Shown here: piece after piece, positions 52,601 to 64,000 of the stretch | Layout: each line of letters starts with the position of its first letter | Numbering within the stretch: position 1 is the stretch's first letter | DNA from: Balanoglossus misakiensis | Taxonomy: Eukaryota > Animalia > Hemichordata | Reading direction: 5' to 3' | Assembly (NCBI GenBank): GCA_040954595.2 | Contig: CM082594.2 | Coordinates: 2,775,319-2,839,318 of the forward strand | Length of the DNA: 64,000 bases | The notes under the pieces: model-generated | Seen by the model: only the letters and a program-made list of their open reading frames with translations | What the model was told of the DNA's origin: nothing | The model's database searches: none | Translations under genes and position numbers: made by a program

Positions 52601-55600
52601 CATCGTTTAATTTATGTTATTCTAAATGTGGATATATAGTGAATAAATGTTCAATCACACACAACTTCCATCCCGCTTGTAGGATATGAGGGTAAAAACG
52701 CGTCCAAAATGAATAAATGGTAGAGACCGATTATTCATTTTGTCGAGTTTTTTCACTCTCATGTCCACAAGAGGGATGGAAGTTAATTGTGGTCGAACGT
52801 TGATTCACTATATATCCACATGTAGAATAACATAAACGATGTACGATGTTTTGTATCAAACAGTTAAAGGGGAAATCCGGTGTAGCTGATTTCTACATAA
52901 TTTGGTAGCTTTGATGTCACTCTTTCAGAAAAAAACATATTCGCCATGTATAGGTCGCGCGATTTTTTACAAAATCTAGGGAAAGTTGGCAGAATTTCCA
53001 ATATGGCGTTTACTGTAATTTGAATCATGGGAAAAAAAGCGCCAGGAGCAACTTCCGCCCACCATGGTGTGGGTGATACCATTCTCCGATAGGTGTCACT
53101 GGGCGACAGACTAGCCGTATTTTCATAGCTATTGTTTGTTCTTTGCATCAGTTGATAAACAGTCATCAGCAAAGTCGAAAATTTGTCATCTATTGACAGT
53201 TTTCATGAGCTATAACCCATGAAAAATATGCAAATACGCTTAGCTTGTGATGCAGTGATACCAATCGGAAAATGGTATCACCCACACCAAGGTGGGCGGA
53301 AGTTGGTCCTGGCGCTTTTTTTCCCATGATTCAAATTACAGTAAACGCCATATTGGAAGTTCTGCCAACTTTCCCTAGATTTTGTAAAAAATCACGCAAC
53401 CTATACATGGCGAATATGTTTTTTTTCTGAAAGAGTGACATCAAAGCTACCAAATTATGTAGAAATCAGCTACGCCGGATTTCCCCTTTAATGTAAAAAG
53501 GGCAGCGAGAGAGAGACTTTGTCCCTTCCTGTCCATTTTAGACTGGTATTTTTTTTATTGAAAGGGAGAAAACCAGCCATATATAGTGGGACACTCACGA
53601 CATGCAACAAATAAAGTATTTTGTGTTTCATTGTTATTGCAGAGATCCATACCGACGGGAGAGTTTTGAATTTCGAGAACGGGAAAGAGAAAGAGAGAGG
53701 GAGAGGGAGAGAGAGAGGGATGGATATGACAGAGGTCGGCCCAACTTTGATGTACCTGAACCACCACTTGAACCCCCTATTCAGAGACCAATAGACTGTG
53801 AAATCATCGTTGTGAATCGTCAACAAAGGTAAACTTTAACTCCTATCTCCCTGAATCAGTGAAAAGCGGTTTCATTTTCAGACCTCCCCACCCCCCCACC
53901 CCCCCCCCCCTTCTACCGGGCATATCTTAACTATGGAGAATCTGAACCAGTGAAAAGCCATGTATGTTAAAGGGACAAAGTCTCTCTCTCACTGCCCTTT
54001 TTCCATTAATTATGTTTGATACAAGACACCGTTTGTTATTCTACATGTAGGTATATAGTGAATCTATATATAGTGAATCAACGTTCCACCACACACAACT
54101 TCCATCCCGTTTGTATGATGTGAGAGTAAAAATTCGCTCGAAATGAATAAATGGTAAAGACCAATTATTCATTTTGGCGAGTTTTTCACTCTTGTGTCTA
54201 CAAGTGGGATGGAAGTTGTGTGTGGTTGAACGTGTAGAATAACATAGACAGTGTCTTGTATGAAACAAAATTAATGGAAAAAGGGCAGCGAGAGAAAGAC
54301 TTTGTTCCTTTAAAGTGTCAGCTATTGGGACTTTAATGTTGCCAACTGTTGGAGTTTGTTATTTGATAGGTAAATGACTCCTTTGAAATGCATGTATTTC
54401 AGAGAGTATGCAGAGACTGTTGACAGGGCACTGAAGCAGGTTGGTTTGGCCGTTGATATCACTTATCTGGGAACCGACATGTCCTTGGCACAAGCACTTG
54501 ATGACGTCTCCAGACGTGGTGTTCTCTATGCTATCATTGTCACCAGTCAGCATGCCATGCACAGATCAGTGACGCTCAATATATTGCATGGGACACCACA
54601 AGGTATGTTACTTCTAAATTCTTTTACAGTGTTCTCCCCAGGATTTTGGGAAAGTGTGGTGACTAATTTGCATAACACTATAATCATTTGTTATGTTAAT
54701 TAAGTTCTATTGTCTTTTCAAAATTAAAGAGTGGTGGCCACCGTGCTTTAATTGCTCTGGGGAGAAACACTGCTTTTACTCTCAGGCCGTCACAAACCAA
54801 TGATCTGGTGTAACGATTCGAAACCGTGACAAGTGACAGATATTTTCCAGTGGTCAGTCAACTTCTCTTTACGTATTATTATTAGTATAATCAAAGTAAA
54901 TGCCTCAAAATTATTTTTCCCTACATCAGAACATTCGCATTGCAGTTATTGAATACATAACCTACACTTTTGCAATTTGCATGCAATACTAGTTATGGTG
55001 TTAATTTATGCAAATAATCGACTTTCCTATTTTCACCTCACATGATCACTCGCGAGAGGTCATGCTATCGCCATTTCTGTCGGTCTGTATGCGTGAGTCT
55101 CACTATGTCAGCACGATATCTCAAGAACTGATCAGCTGTCAATCAGCTTTGGTTCACAAGTTCTTTTTGGAGAGTGTCAAGACAATTCAGTCACTCATTC
55201 TGCACAATGACATCCACTTTCGTTTGGTTTCAAGGAGCCTCTACAATGATGTAAATAAAACAGATGTACTCGAAAAATTGATAATGCTCCAAGGGCTGTT
55301 TGTTTTTAGCCCCGGCGCTGATTTTTTACGACAGATTCCATGGATGTTAGAAAAAAAGATTACATGTACTTGCTACGCTATACATTTTCATCAACAGCCT
55401 GGGCACAAAATCTCCCATGACATATCGTTTTCACAAGGGACAAGTGTCTGGTTTTTGATCAACTTGCATACATGTACACTATGCAATAGGTCTAAAAGAA
55501 ACTGATTGACACTTATACTCGTACACATTGCTTTGTCAGAAACAATTATTCATCAAGTAACACAAATATTGAAGATGGCAAAACAAATTTTGGTTCAGCA

Positions 55601-58600
55601 ATGTACATAGCAGCTATGACCAACTTGTTTTAATTGCGTAAGGCCAAACATTAACTTCATTAACATGAATCGTATGCTGCACATTGCAGTACCTTGCCAT
55701 ATTGAGATTCTGATCCAACTAGTAATTTTCAATATTAAGAGGTAACTCATTGGTGACACGAGGCATGTCAAAAGTGTAAGTGCACTGTGAGATTTTGGTG
55801 ACTGAGCTTTAAATGGATAATTTTACTTTGTAAATCTTGGATTGGTCGCCATATTTACATTTCCACGGTGATGAAATCTGAACAATGCTGAGTTTCCCCG
55901 AGCTCGACTTAGCTTCAGTGAGACAACAATTTTCGTATGCATTCGGAACTGCTCGCGTGTTTTTGTAGTTTCACCCGAAATATCAGTTTTAATGTTCGCT
56001 CATAACACGACTTGATCGACCGTAATTAGTAGAACGCGCAAATTCCGTTCAGAAGCAAATACTGGCAAGTTTTTTTTTTATTCCTGTGGAAATCGCGGAA
56101 ATACTACGATAGAACAGTATGGTTGTTGTGGTTACACTGCATTGGCAAGTTTCATGTATGCGTTTGTAACTTCTGCACCAGTCGTCTTTCTCTTCCAGTG
56201 TTACAAACAACTTGTAATAAAGTTTGTACCGTGCACAGACCTGCCACATTGAACTCCATCTTGTGATATCAGACTCCTCAGATTCATTTAACCCTAATGC
56301 TACTGGGTGTCATACATGTACCTGTTTAGAGTGTCAAGTCCCTTAAAATACGCATTTGCCACTTTTTCTTCTAAAACGTATTTGACTGTCTTGACATGGC
56401 TCTTATACGTACTTAAACACACTTGGCAGTCTGAGCCCCCCCCTGTAAAATGTCCCAAATCGCACTGGTTTGCACAAGGTGGTGTGGGTCACGCGCAAAG
56501 CACCATGGGGGTTCCAACGTGAGTAACCATTCATTTGACTTCTGGCTCGCCTCGAGTACACATGTTAGCACTACAGTGTCTGGATGATCACTTTCTTTGA
56601 ACCTTTTACGTAGGATATTTTCGATTTTTGTGACACCGGACATTTAGTTGTGCACAGATTGGTACCAAGTTCATTCTCTGTAATATTTTCGGCTCGCTTG
56701 ACGTTTTTAACCGTCTATTCGGATCGATGTACTGGCCGCGGGGCTATGCGCATACATCGACGGGGCGTTGCTGCATGATGGCCGCCGAGCGTGAAAAGCT
56801 TTACCGTAGGCCAACACACCGTTGCAGCTTTTCTATTTGTTCTATTACAACTCAGTTTTCTTCTCAAATATGTACAGTATTTTTTTAAACCCCACTCCAA
56901 ACCGCAAATATATGAAAACCAGAAGACTTTTTTTTATTTTAGGCACAATGAGTACAAGAAACCTACATGCATGTTTGTAAATATGTGTTTAGTTACGCAA
57001 GTCAAACGGCGCGCGTCCTTAACTACCACATAAAAAATCGTATATAAGTGCTTGAAAGAAAATTTTACTGCCGCTGGAATGGTACCGAAGTGAGCGTAAT
57101 GTCGTTGGTCTTTTTCAGGAATGTGTTGACTGTAATAGGGTTATTCTAAAATTTAGTATTACAGTAAGTTGCGATCACCACGGCCTTCACATACGGATAG
57201 GGATGTGTTAGGTGCCTATGAGATAGTACAGTTTCTAAATACGGTGAAATCGATAAAATAAAAGGGCGCTTTGGGGCTCCCATGCAATTTCACACACATT
57301 ACATATTAGTCTTTCAAAATATACACATAACAAAGCTGTGCGCTCACTGTTTAGTCTGCCTGCTAACTTCAAACTATGTTGTCCGAGTACGATCGTTGGC
57401 AACAGTACGCCATGATGCCAGCTGACATACCGAGTGAAAAAACACCAAAAAATCGCGACTCGGAACAAAATCGATAGTACTTTCCTCACAGAACGATGCT
57501 GACATACATGAACTTATAAAAATTCGATTGGTTTTTCATTCGAAAGGAGTTTCATTTACATAACCTACGAAAACATAAGTCGATTGTGCACAGAAAGCTA
57601 CACACGTGACACTGCTAGGTCGACCATGTTTTGCTGACTAAGAGCTGGTTAAACCGGAAGTGACGTTGTGACCCACACCACCTTGGTTTGCACTGTATTG
57701 GTCTGAGGGTCTTGTATAGGCCCTACTGATTAACACACACTTGGCAGTCTAACAGGCCTGGGAGCCAGGATTCTAGGCACCATGGAAATCAAACCAGTTT
57801 CAACTGACTTGGCAGCGTTAGGGTTAACGTGAACAAAACCATTCCTTTTGAGGCAAACCATCGCTCCACTCGCGTGATCACTCACCCAAATCAAATCCTT
57901 GGCAGTTATTTTCCGCTTGTGTTATAACTCAACTGAGGCTGTGTACTGAATGAGCTGACAGATGCAAAATGCAGCTAATACAACACACAAATGAAGGTAT
58001 TTTGCTTTTTGCAAAAAGACTATCTTACATGTACATGTATTTACCATATAACCTAGATCCGCGTGCCTGTGTAACTCTATGTGGAAAAAGTGCTCTCACA
58101 ACTGGGCAGATTTTTACGTAGTATCAAACCCTGGCCCGGTTGCTGAAATAAGGTCATCGGCACTCATTCTCGTTGCTGTGTGTGTTTCTATCTGCAAACG
58201 TTCCTTTTGTAAACATATCAGTGCAAGATCTATCTACCCATCTTTCAGTGCTTTCATCTGAGCTGCACGAAAAGCTAGCGACCCACAATGGAATATTAGA
58301 ATCATACCTGAGTTCATCGTGTCAGCAAACTGCTTACGGTATTCTGTTTCGTGGACGAAAACTGTTTTTACAGGAGAAAATGGCTTCAATTCATCACTAC
58401 CGTTTATTTGTGCTGTTCAGAATTTTTACCCTGGGTCTCAGGGTTCTGCCAATGGTGGTCGCCACCGGTCGCCCGCGACCAGGACTTTCAGGTCGCGACC
58501 AAAACAAAAAGGTCGCGACCATCGCTATTGTTCTCTCTGATACATGCGTTTTGGCGTGAGAAATTTTCTTTTTGCGGCGGAAATCAAACACATGGGAGGA

Positions 58601-61600
58601 GAGAATCAACACCCGCTAAACTTCATACAACATTCAGAAATCAGAAGCGTGTCACCGATTAAATTTCCAAAAAATGTCAAAGGAGTGCCATTTTTAGGTA
58701 CAATAGTGTAAATATAAGTATGTAGACACACTGTCGAAAACAAGGTCGCGCGTGTTCGACTGACCGTGTGCGGTACATCGGGTCCACAGCTCGATGCAGT
58801 CGGCTGGATCCCGCGATCGCGCATGACCACCCACTCTTCCCACTGGGAAGTTGAATCAGTGATACCTTTTGGACAGTCAGGAACTGGATCTTCACATAGT
58901 CACCCGGATGATTGATTGATGGCTTTCATAAAATTTGATTGAGTGAATTACAATATAGTCCCACATTGCACTTTTCTGCCGTACACATAAATGTATCTCA
59001 CTGTTTTGTGTCTGTTTTTAACACTTTCTCTGAACATTTGTAGGTTTTTCTCTCAGATGGAGTGAGTCAACACATTTAGCATCAGCATACGTGTACTATT
59101 TGGGTTGGCTTCAGTAATGTAGTGTACTGTAAAACGTTATGTTCGCAAGTTGAAATTTTCGCGATATCGAGAGAGGCCACTGTTACGCGAGGATTGATTT
59201 TCGCTATCTCGTACTGCATCGTGCACATTGTTCTTTCACAACTATATCTACGCGAGTCTTTATTTTCGTGTTTAATTTATTGCTCGCGAAAATAACATGT
59301 TTTACAGTAGTTTGGGAAATGTCGGGATGGAGATGATCTGTACTGGACCAGCTATAATGGACATAGAAATTAAAGAGTTACAACGCATTCTTTTTCATAT
59401 CTACAATGTAGGTGTAGACAAAATCAAATGTTTGAAGATGTCAAGTTGTCAAAGGAAATGTAAAACATGTATACCATTTTACCAGATTGCCAGCCAAATA
59501 CAAGAAAATCTTGACTAATTTTGTCATTGGATGAAATATCAACGTTCTCTATTCACAGGTTATATAATGTTGTTTTCATTGTCCACACCACTTTTGCGTA
59601 TTGTATGTAACTGTTCGTGACTTGAAGTTGAAAATAAATACCGTTTAGTGTGTGTGTGCGTTTAACCTTTTTCTTTGCACATTCTTTTCTATCAGAACAT
59701 AGGAACATGCCGTTGGACGATGCCTTGAGTCTCATAGCGCGTAACTTTGAACGTTACATGCAAAATCTCCGTGAGAAAACGGCGGCTTCAAATTTGGCCA
59801 TGACCCAAGTCGAGCTGTCTATTCCTCAGTTGTTATGTTTATTGGCGGATGGAAAGCAGCTGACCGTTGATGAACTGGCCCGGGTTATTGTATACCTACA
59901 AGAACGTCACAGGAAATTATTAGAAAATCAGCGCACTGAGTCACCAGCTGTAGCTTCAACTCCGGCACAAGTAGGAATAACATCTTCTGCCGTTGTTACA
60001 GGGCCATCTTCTGGTGAGTCCACATTCTCCGTCATGATCACATGGTTTGGGGGGGGGGGGGGCGCTGTTATCTTGATGCCACAGAAAGCACTTGGCTTGA
60101 AGGTATACGGTCACCTCCAATTTACATACACACATTTATGGCTGAAATGGCGTATTTGAGTGTTCTAAAGAACATATGGTGGGGCTCTTTTTTTTCGCGT
60201 GTGCCACCCACTGAAAATCTGTGATTGACTAGATCTCTTTTTGCCGTGGTAACGGTAGCTAAATTAGCATTGGTGACCGTATACCTTTAACCCTTCCACC
60301 ACCATGGTTCAGTCCTAGCCCATTGTTTTCTGTGGTACGGTTGGACCTTTGACCTCTGTTTTGTTTGTGATAATAGGTAGCCTTCAGCAAGTTCTTAGTT
60401 GTCTCTGTCTCACTGTGTTCCTGACAGCTCACCTGGTGTTGTGCCAAAGCTTCTGGGTGAGATTTCTTCAGAAGGATATCAATAAAGGGGAAATACACAA
60501 TTACCTTCAGAGGGCGCGTTTACGCAAAAAGTATGCGTATCTATTTGACGCCAAAAATCCTCACTTGACGCGGAAATTTTAATCAGTGCGTCAATATGGA
60601 CACATAGGAAATGGGTGATGTAGTTGCACAATGGTCAACGTAACCATACGCATACCGCTGACTGTCCCCTGGGATCAAAATAATCACTTGTGCGCCAAAC
60701 TTTGTACTCAAAATGTAGCTAATTTTGTTTAAAGAATATTGAACTAGACATGTCTAGGATGCAGGCTTAAAGGAGTTTGACGCATTTTTTTTTTGATGAA
60801 TGCGTCATAAGACGCACTCAAAAAAATGTTACTGCTACCTCTGACCTTATTTACCTGTTGATTCCTGTGGGCACTCACAGATGAAAGTAGACATTTTGCA
60901 ATAGGGTATTTAAGTTTTGTTCTGTTTACTTCACACAGTTCAAGAGAAGCCCGCGACAGGACAACAACAACAACAACAGGCGGAACTTCAAGCCAAGATT
61001 TTGAGTATCTTTAACCCCAGTGGTTCAACAGCACCACCAACCAGCATAGCAAACACTGTCACTAACACACTTCCAGCGGGAGTGCCACAGAATTCACTGA
61101 CCAGCCAGGTCTCAGTCACTCCAACGCTGCCCGTTTCCTCAGTCGCCACTTCCATCGCATCTCTTATGTCTCAAAGTGGCCAACCTAATTTCGGCCAGCA
61201 ACAAACTGTAGTCACTTCTAGCGCTAACTCAGCCAGTGGAATGTCTGCGGCAAACAGGCCGGCACCTGGAATGACTCCCATTGTTTCTACTGATCAGGTT
61301 CCTGTGACGAGTGTGGGGATTAATTTTGATAATCCATCCGTTCAGAAGGCTCTGGATAACCTGATTCAAAGCGGCCCCAACTTGCTGAAAAATTTAGGTC
61401 AGGTCGGCCAGCTCATGCAGGGGGTGTCGGGGGGTCAAAGTTCAAGTCGGAAACCGTTGCTTGAGACGCCACCGAGGGGGGGAGGTGAGGGTGGTGGCAT
61501 GGGTTTTGATCCTGGACACGGTGCGGGCAATATTGGTCGAGGGGGTGGACCACCACCACAACCACCGCCACAAATGGGAATGGGGGGTGGCCCAGGGGGT

Positions 61601-61750
61601 ATGGGTGGGATGGGTATGGGGGTAGGAGGAGGAATGATGGGTGGGAGGGGTATGGGAGGAGGTGACATGGGAATGGGGGGCATGCCGCCACGTGGACCCC
61701 CGGGAATGATGCGTGGAGGTTACGGCAGAGGGAGGGGTGGCCGCTACTGA
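46619..61750 (+). CDS. NCOA5: Nuclear receptor coactivator 5 homolog with N-terminal RRM, ~773 aa, 9 coding exons
   Basis: Exons 46619-46949, 47227-47334, 47549-47645, 51471-51608, 52299-52430, 53643-53828, 54403-54602, 59696-60013, 60939-61750 (2322 nt, GT-AG, phases consistent). Contains SRVFIG..HKGFGFVQF (RRM), an RD/RE-rich region, DCEIIVVNRQQREYAE..HRSVTLNILHGTPQEHRNMPLDDA (NCOA5 core), QAELQAKILSIFN and INFDNPSVQKALDNLIQSGP. Start codon inferred. AATAAA at ~62273. Confidence 0.92.
47784..47931. mobile_element. hAT-like MITE (second copy at 54627-54772)
   Basis: TIR (t/c)agtgttctccccag / ctggggagaa(a)cact; two copies in NCOA5 introns. Confidence 0.7.
48036..50619 (-). mobile_element. 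Full-length Tigger/pogo DNA transposon (2584 bp) in an NCOA5 intron
   Basis: Perfect 24-bp TIR cagtagaacgtcgattatccgaac; TA TSD at 48034-48035 and 50620-50621; subterminal ttcggata repeats; transposase ORF inside. Confidence 0.95.
48457..50055 (-). pseudogene. Tigger/jerky-like transposase (CENP-B-type HTHs plus DDE_1 domain), disabled
   Basis: 486-aa ORF with FKASTGWLKNFKLRHGI, DNAPSHP and QPMDQG. First catalytic motif reads NANETG (D>N). In-frame TGA at 48597-48595, after which the frame continues 45 codons to TAA at 48459-48457. Confidence 0.88.
50622..51240 (-). pseudogene. Older degenerate pogo (POGK-like) transposase fragment abutting the Tigger
   Basis: AANGTKCKPTVIFKGK..IHVRVQEKGYID resembles the POGK-type ADGTKLKPxVIFKG..VQEKGWMD motif; frameshifted. 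Confidence 0.6.
51285..51423 (-). mobile_element. tRNA-derived SINE remnant (CORE-like)
   Basis: Minus strand A-box tggctcagtgg, B-box-like attcgagcc, then ctttgagcaaggcacttaac..cacccaggagtaatgggtacc. Confidence 0.65.
52543..53527. mobile_element. Kolobok-like MITE (agggacaaag family) interrupted by a second TTAA element
   Basis: Aligns to the intact copy at 53971-54309 apart from the insert at 52868-53487. Confidence 0.75.
52868..53487. mobile_element. Kolobok-like foldback MITE with ~215-bp TIRs
   Basis: ttaa|aggggaaatccgg(t/c)gtagctgatttctac..gtagaaatcagctacgccggatttcccct|ttaa. Confidence 0.88.
53971..54309. mobile_element. Intact Kolobok-like MITE
   Basis: ttaa|agggacaaagtctctctctc..gactttgttcct|ttaa. 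Confidence 0.85.
56292..57823. mobile_element. piggyBac-like MITE interrupted by a P-like element
   Basis: TTAA at 56288-56291 and 57824-57827; homologous to 37260-37565. Confidence 0.8.
56475..57685. mobile_element. Non-autonomous P-element-like transposon (1211 bp)
   Basis: 18-bp TIR caaggtggtgtgggtcac; 7-bp TSD gtttgca, confirmed by the empty site ggtttgcactgtattgg at ~45573. Confidence 0.8.
59127..59308. mobile_element. Tc1/mariner-like MITE (family of 32304-32510)
   Basis: ta|ctgtaaaac..gttttacag|ta. Confidence 0.75.
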
Positions 61751-64000
61751 GATACAGGAACAATTGTTTGATATGTCTTGAGACGTGGCTGATGTCTTGA
61801 GGCGTGGCTGGGTGTATTTAAAGAGTGGCAGCCGATTAGAAAAGTCCCCAAAAAGGACTGTTCAATGTACATGAACTTTTTTACAAGCAAGGCTAGATTT
61901 GGAAAGGGAGTCGTGTAAGTTTTATATTAATCACAAGAAATTTTTTTCTGTTTTAAGAACATGTACCAGCATGTAATTTAGTGTCTGGATCTATTTATGT
62001 TTGACATTTTCTTCATCTCGCAGGAGTCAGCAATTAGACATTTTTTTTCTGCTAGTGCAACTGTACATTTTGCAAGGGTTGATTATCACTGAACCAGATT
62101 TTATCAAGTATGAGCTCAGTGACTATTTTTTTAGAGAATACACATCACTATTTAGTGATGCTTTCGGTCTTCATTAAAAGCTGATAGTGCTTTAGAAACA
62201 ATGCTGGAGATTGTCAATGTAATTGTTTTCATTGGAACTTTTGTATTGTGTTGTCAGTATTTGAGATTATTCAATAAAATGTTCAAACATATTTGTTTTC
62301 TAAAGGTCTGATACAAACATTTTTTTTCTTATAATAAGTATCTGGAAATCTTTCAACCTCTGAATTATCCTTACAACCTGCATTGTATATACATTTTATG
62401 TTGTTGGTCCTGAAACACAGGCATCTGGAACAAATAAAGAACTTGCCTGTTATACATGATTCATACAATATTCTCTCCGCCATCTGAATCATCAACAGTA
62501 TTGACGTCATTTTGATGTGGAAATTTAGTTTTGGAGCCGTACTATTTTGTGTTTAGTCTGTCTGCAGTGCCAGGCAATGAACAGATTCTGCATACACTCA
62601 AAAACTTCTACAACCAACACCATTGTGGAGCAGCAATGTAAATACAGTTGCCTTTATTACAACATTCTATCCGTTATTGTAGTCATTTCCTCAATTTGAA
62701 AATGGGGCACTTGCATGACGAACACATCCTGAAGAGCATGCGTAGTTGTGACTAAATACACATTTCAAACAGAGCCATTTCTTGGAAATCCATGAAATTG
62801 TAATAATAGAGATAAGTATACTAGCATGTACTGCAGAAGACATTTATCTACTTAATATGTGTAACCCTGTCTGGTCAAGTGACACACACAAGTTGAACTT
62901 GCGCCAGGTTTCAACTCAAGAAATGCATCCTGAAGATTCTGTAACATGATGGCTAGTCTTGCATCTCTGAAACATATTCTTTTAATGAAGTAATACTCTT
63001 TCGTGTAGTATCCCTTGATTGTTACTTTATTTAATCTGCCTTTAATAAAGTATGTTTTTAGGCCCTGAAGAGATTTTTGTGAAGTATTTTATCAACTGTC
63101 ATTCTTCTCCCTCCTGTGAATTACAAGTGTCTTTATTCACGCTCCCCAGCATGCAACTTGTGAAAATTCTTCCGGAGCCAAAAAAAAAAGAATTGGTTTG
63201 ACAGTGATGCCTTGGAACCAGCGGCTAATAATGATTGAATAACTGTTATCTTGAACACCACACATTTTAATACATATGCAGATCATTAATGCTTTGAAAC
63301 GTCTGTACCCTGTTGAAAATGCAGGTTTTAAGCTACCTAAGTGAGTGATGAAAATCTCATATGGTCGACACAATTGCAAGATGGCCGATTTTTGCCATGT
63401 TTAAGAAATGGGAGTTCATAAGCTAATGATGGGTCATTCTGAAACTTTGTAACAGAAAAAATAACAAAATGTGAAAAAGTTTAATGAGTTTAATATGCTA
63501 ACTACAAAGACAGACATGTTGGACCAAAGGAAGTCATGAATTACAATGAACATATCAACTCCTCTATCTCTTACTACAGTGGGTTGTCGACTTTTAACCC
63601 AGAATGCAATGTGAATTGACCCCCTAGCGCAACGTGAAAACCTATTTAAGGCAGCCAGAATTCTTCTACATTGTCATTGCATTGACTCAATTTAACACAG
63701 CCCACTTTTGTAAGCCGTTCTCTTATTTAAGAATTTTCTTTCAATCTGCTGTACAACACACCCAGTGGAGATGGACAGGGCTTGGATGTTGCATCACAAT
63801 GAGAATAAACTTTTGTTGCACAAATTGTGTGTGTTGAGTAATTGTGTTTTCTTTGTTCAAAGTCAGAGTACCATCGAAAGGTCTGAAGTGTGTACATGTA
63901 ATGGTCTACGCTCAAGAACCTTGTTGGCATTAGTCTCGGTTACCCAGACTCCTCTGCTTCTTCCGTTGCCCTCCAGAAAGAGGGTCTGGGGAAATACTAT

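Larger units (their letters stand above)
55028..57915 (+). mobile_element. Putative HINE/Helentron-type element hosting nested insertions
   Basis: Subterminal inverted motif gatcactcgcgagagg (55044) versus ccactcgcgtgatc (57866); gtcggtctgtatg microsatellite-like tract near the 5' end. Confidence 0.45.

Noticed and set aside
61413-61763. Pro-rich minus-strand ORFs
   Set aside because: They are antisense shadows of the Gly-rich last exon of NCOA5.
1-64000. tRNA, rRNA or snoRNA genes
   Set aside because: None recognisable by eye; the only A/B-box signal is the SINE remnant at 51285-51423. A covariance-model search (Infernal/Rfam) would be needed to exclude small RNAs.

Overview
Eukaryotic (metazoan, AT-rich, probably marine invertebrate) genomic DNA; no prokaryotic features. 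The left ~30 kb has no recognisable host gene. It holds a degenerate Gypsy gag, a 90-bp minisatellite (~19.5 copies), a 6.7-kb composite macro-repeat with dimeric higher-order structure, nested hAT remnants, a CR1/L2 LINE fragment and many MITEs. The right half holds four intron-containing genes as two head-to-head pairs, with exons traced by hand in frame: a MARVEL/CMTM-like gene (-, 187 aa), MED10 (+, 139 aa), CNEP1R1/TMEM188 (-, 123 aa, one U12-type minor intron) and an RRM-bearing NCOA5 (+, ~773 aa). NCOA5 introns carry a full-length but disabled Tigger/pogo transposon and a three-level transposon nest. Most short ORFs in the supplied track are spurious. I found no convincing wholly new biological system. 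The best leads are the U12 intron with a telomere-repeat MITE, the Tigger copy that lost its catalytic Asp and PIP box, and transposon-seeded tandem arrays.
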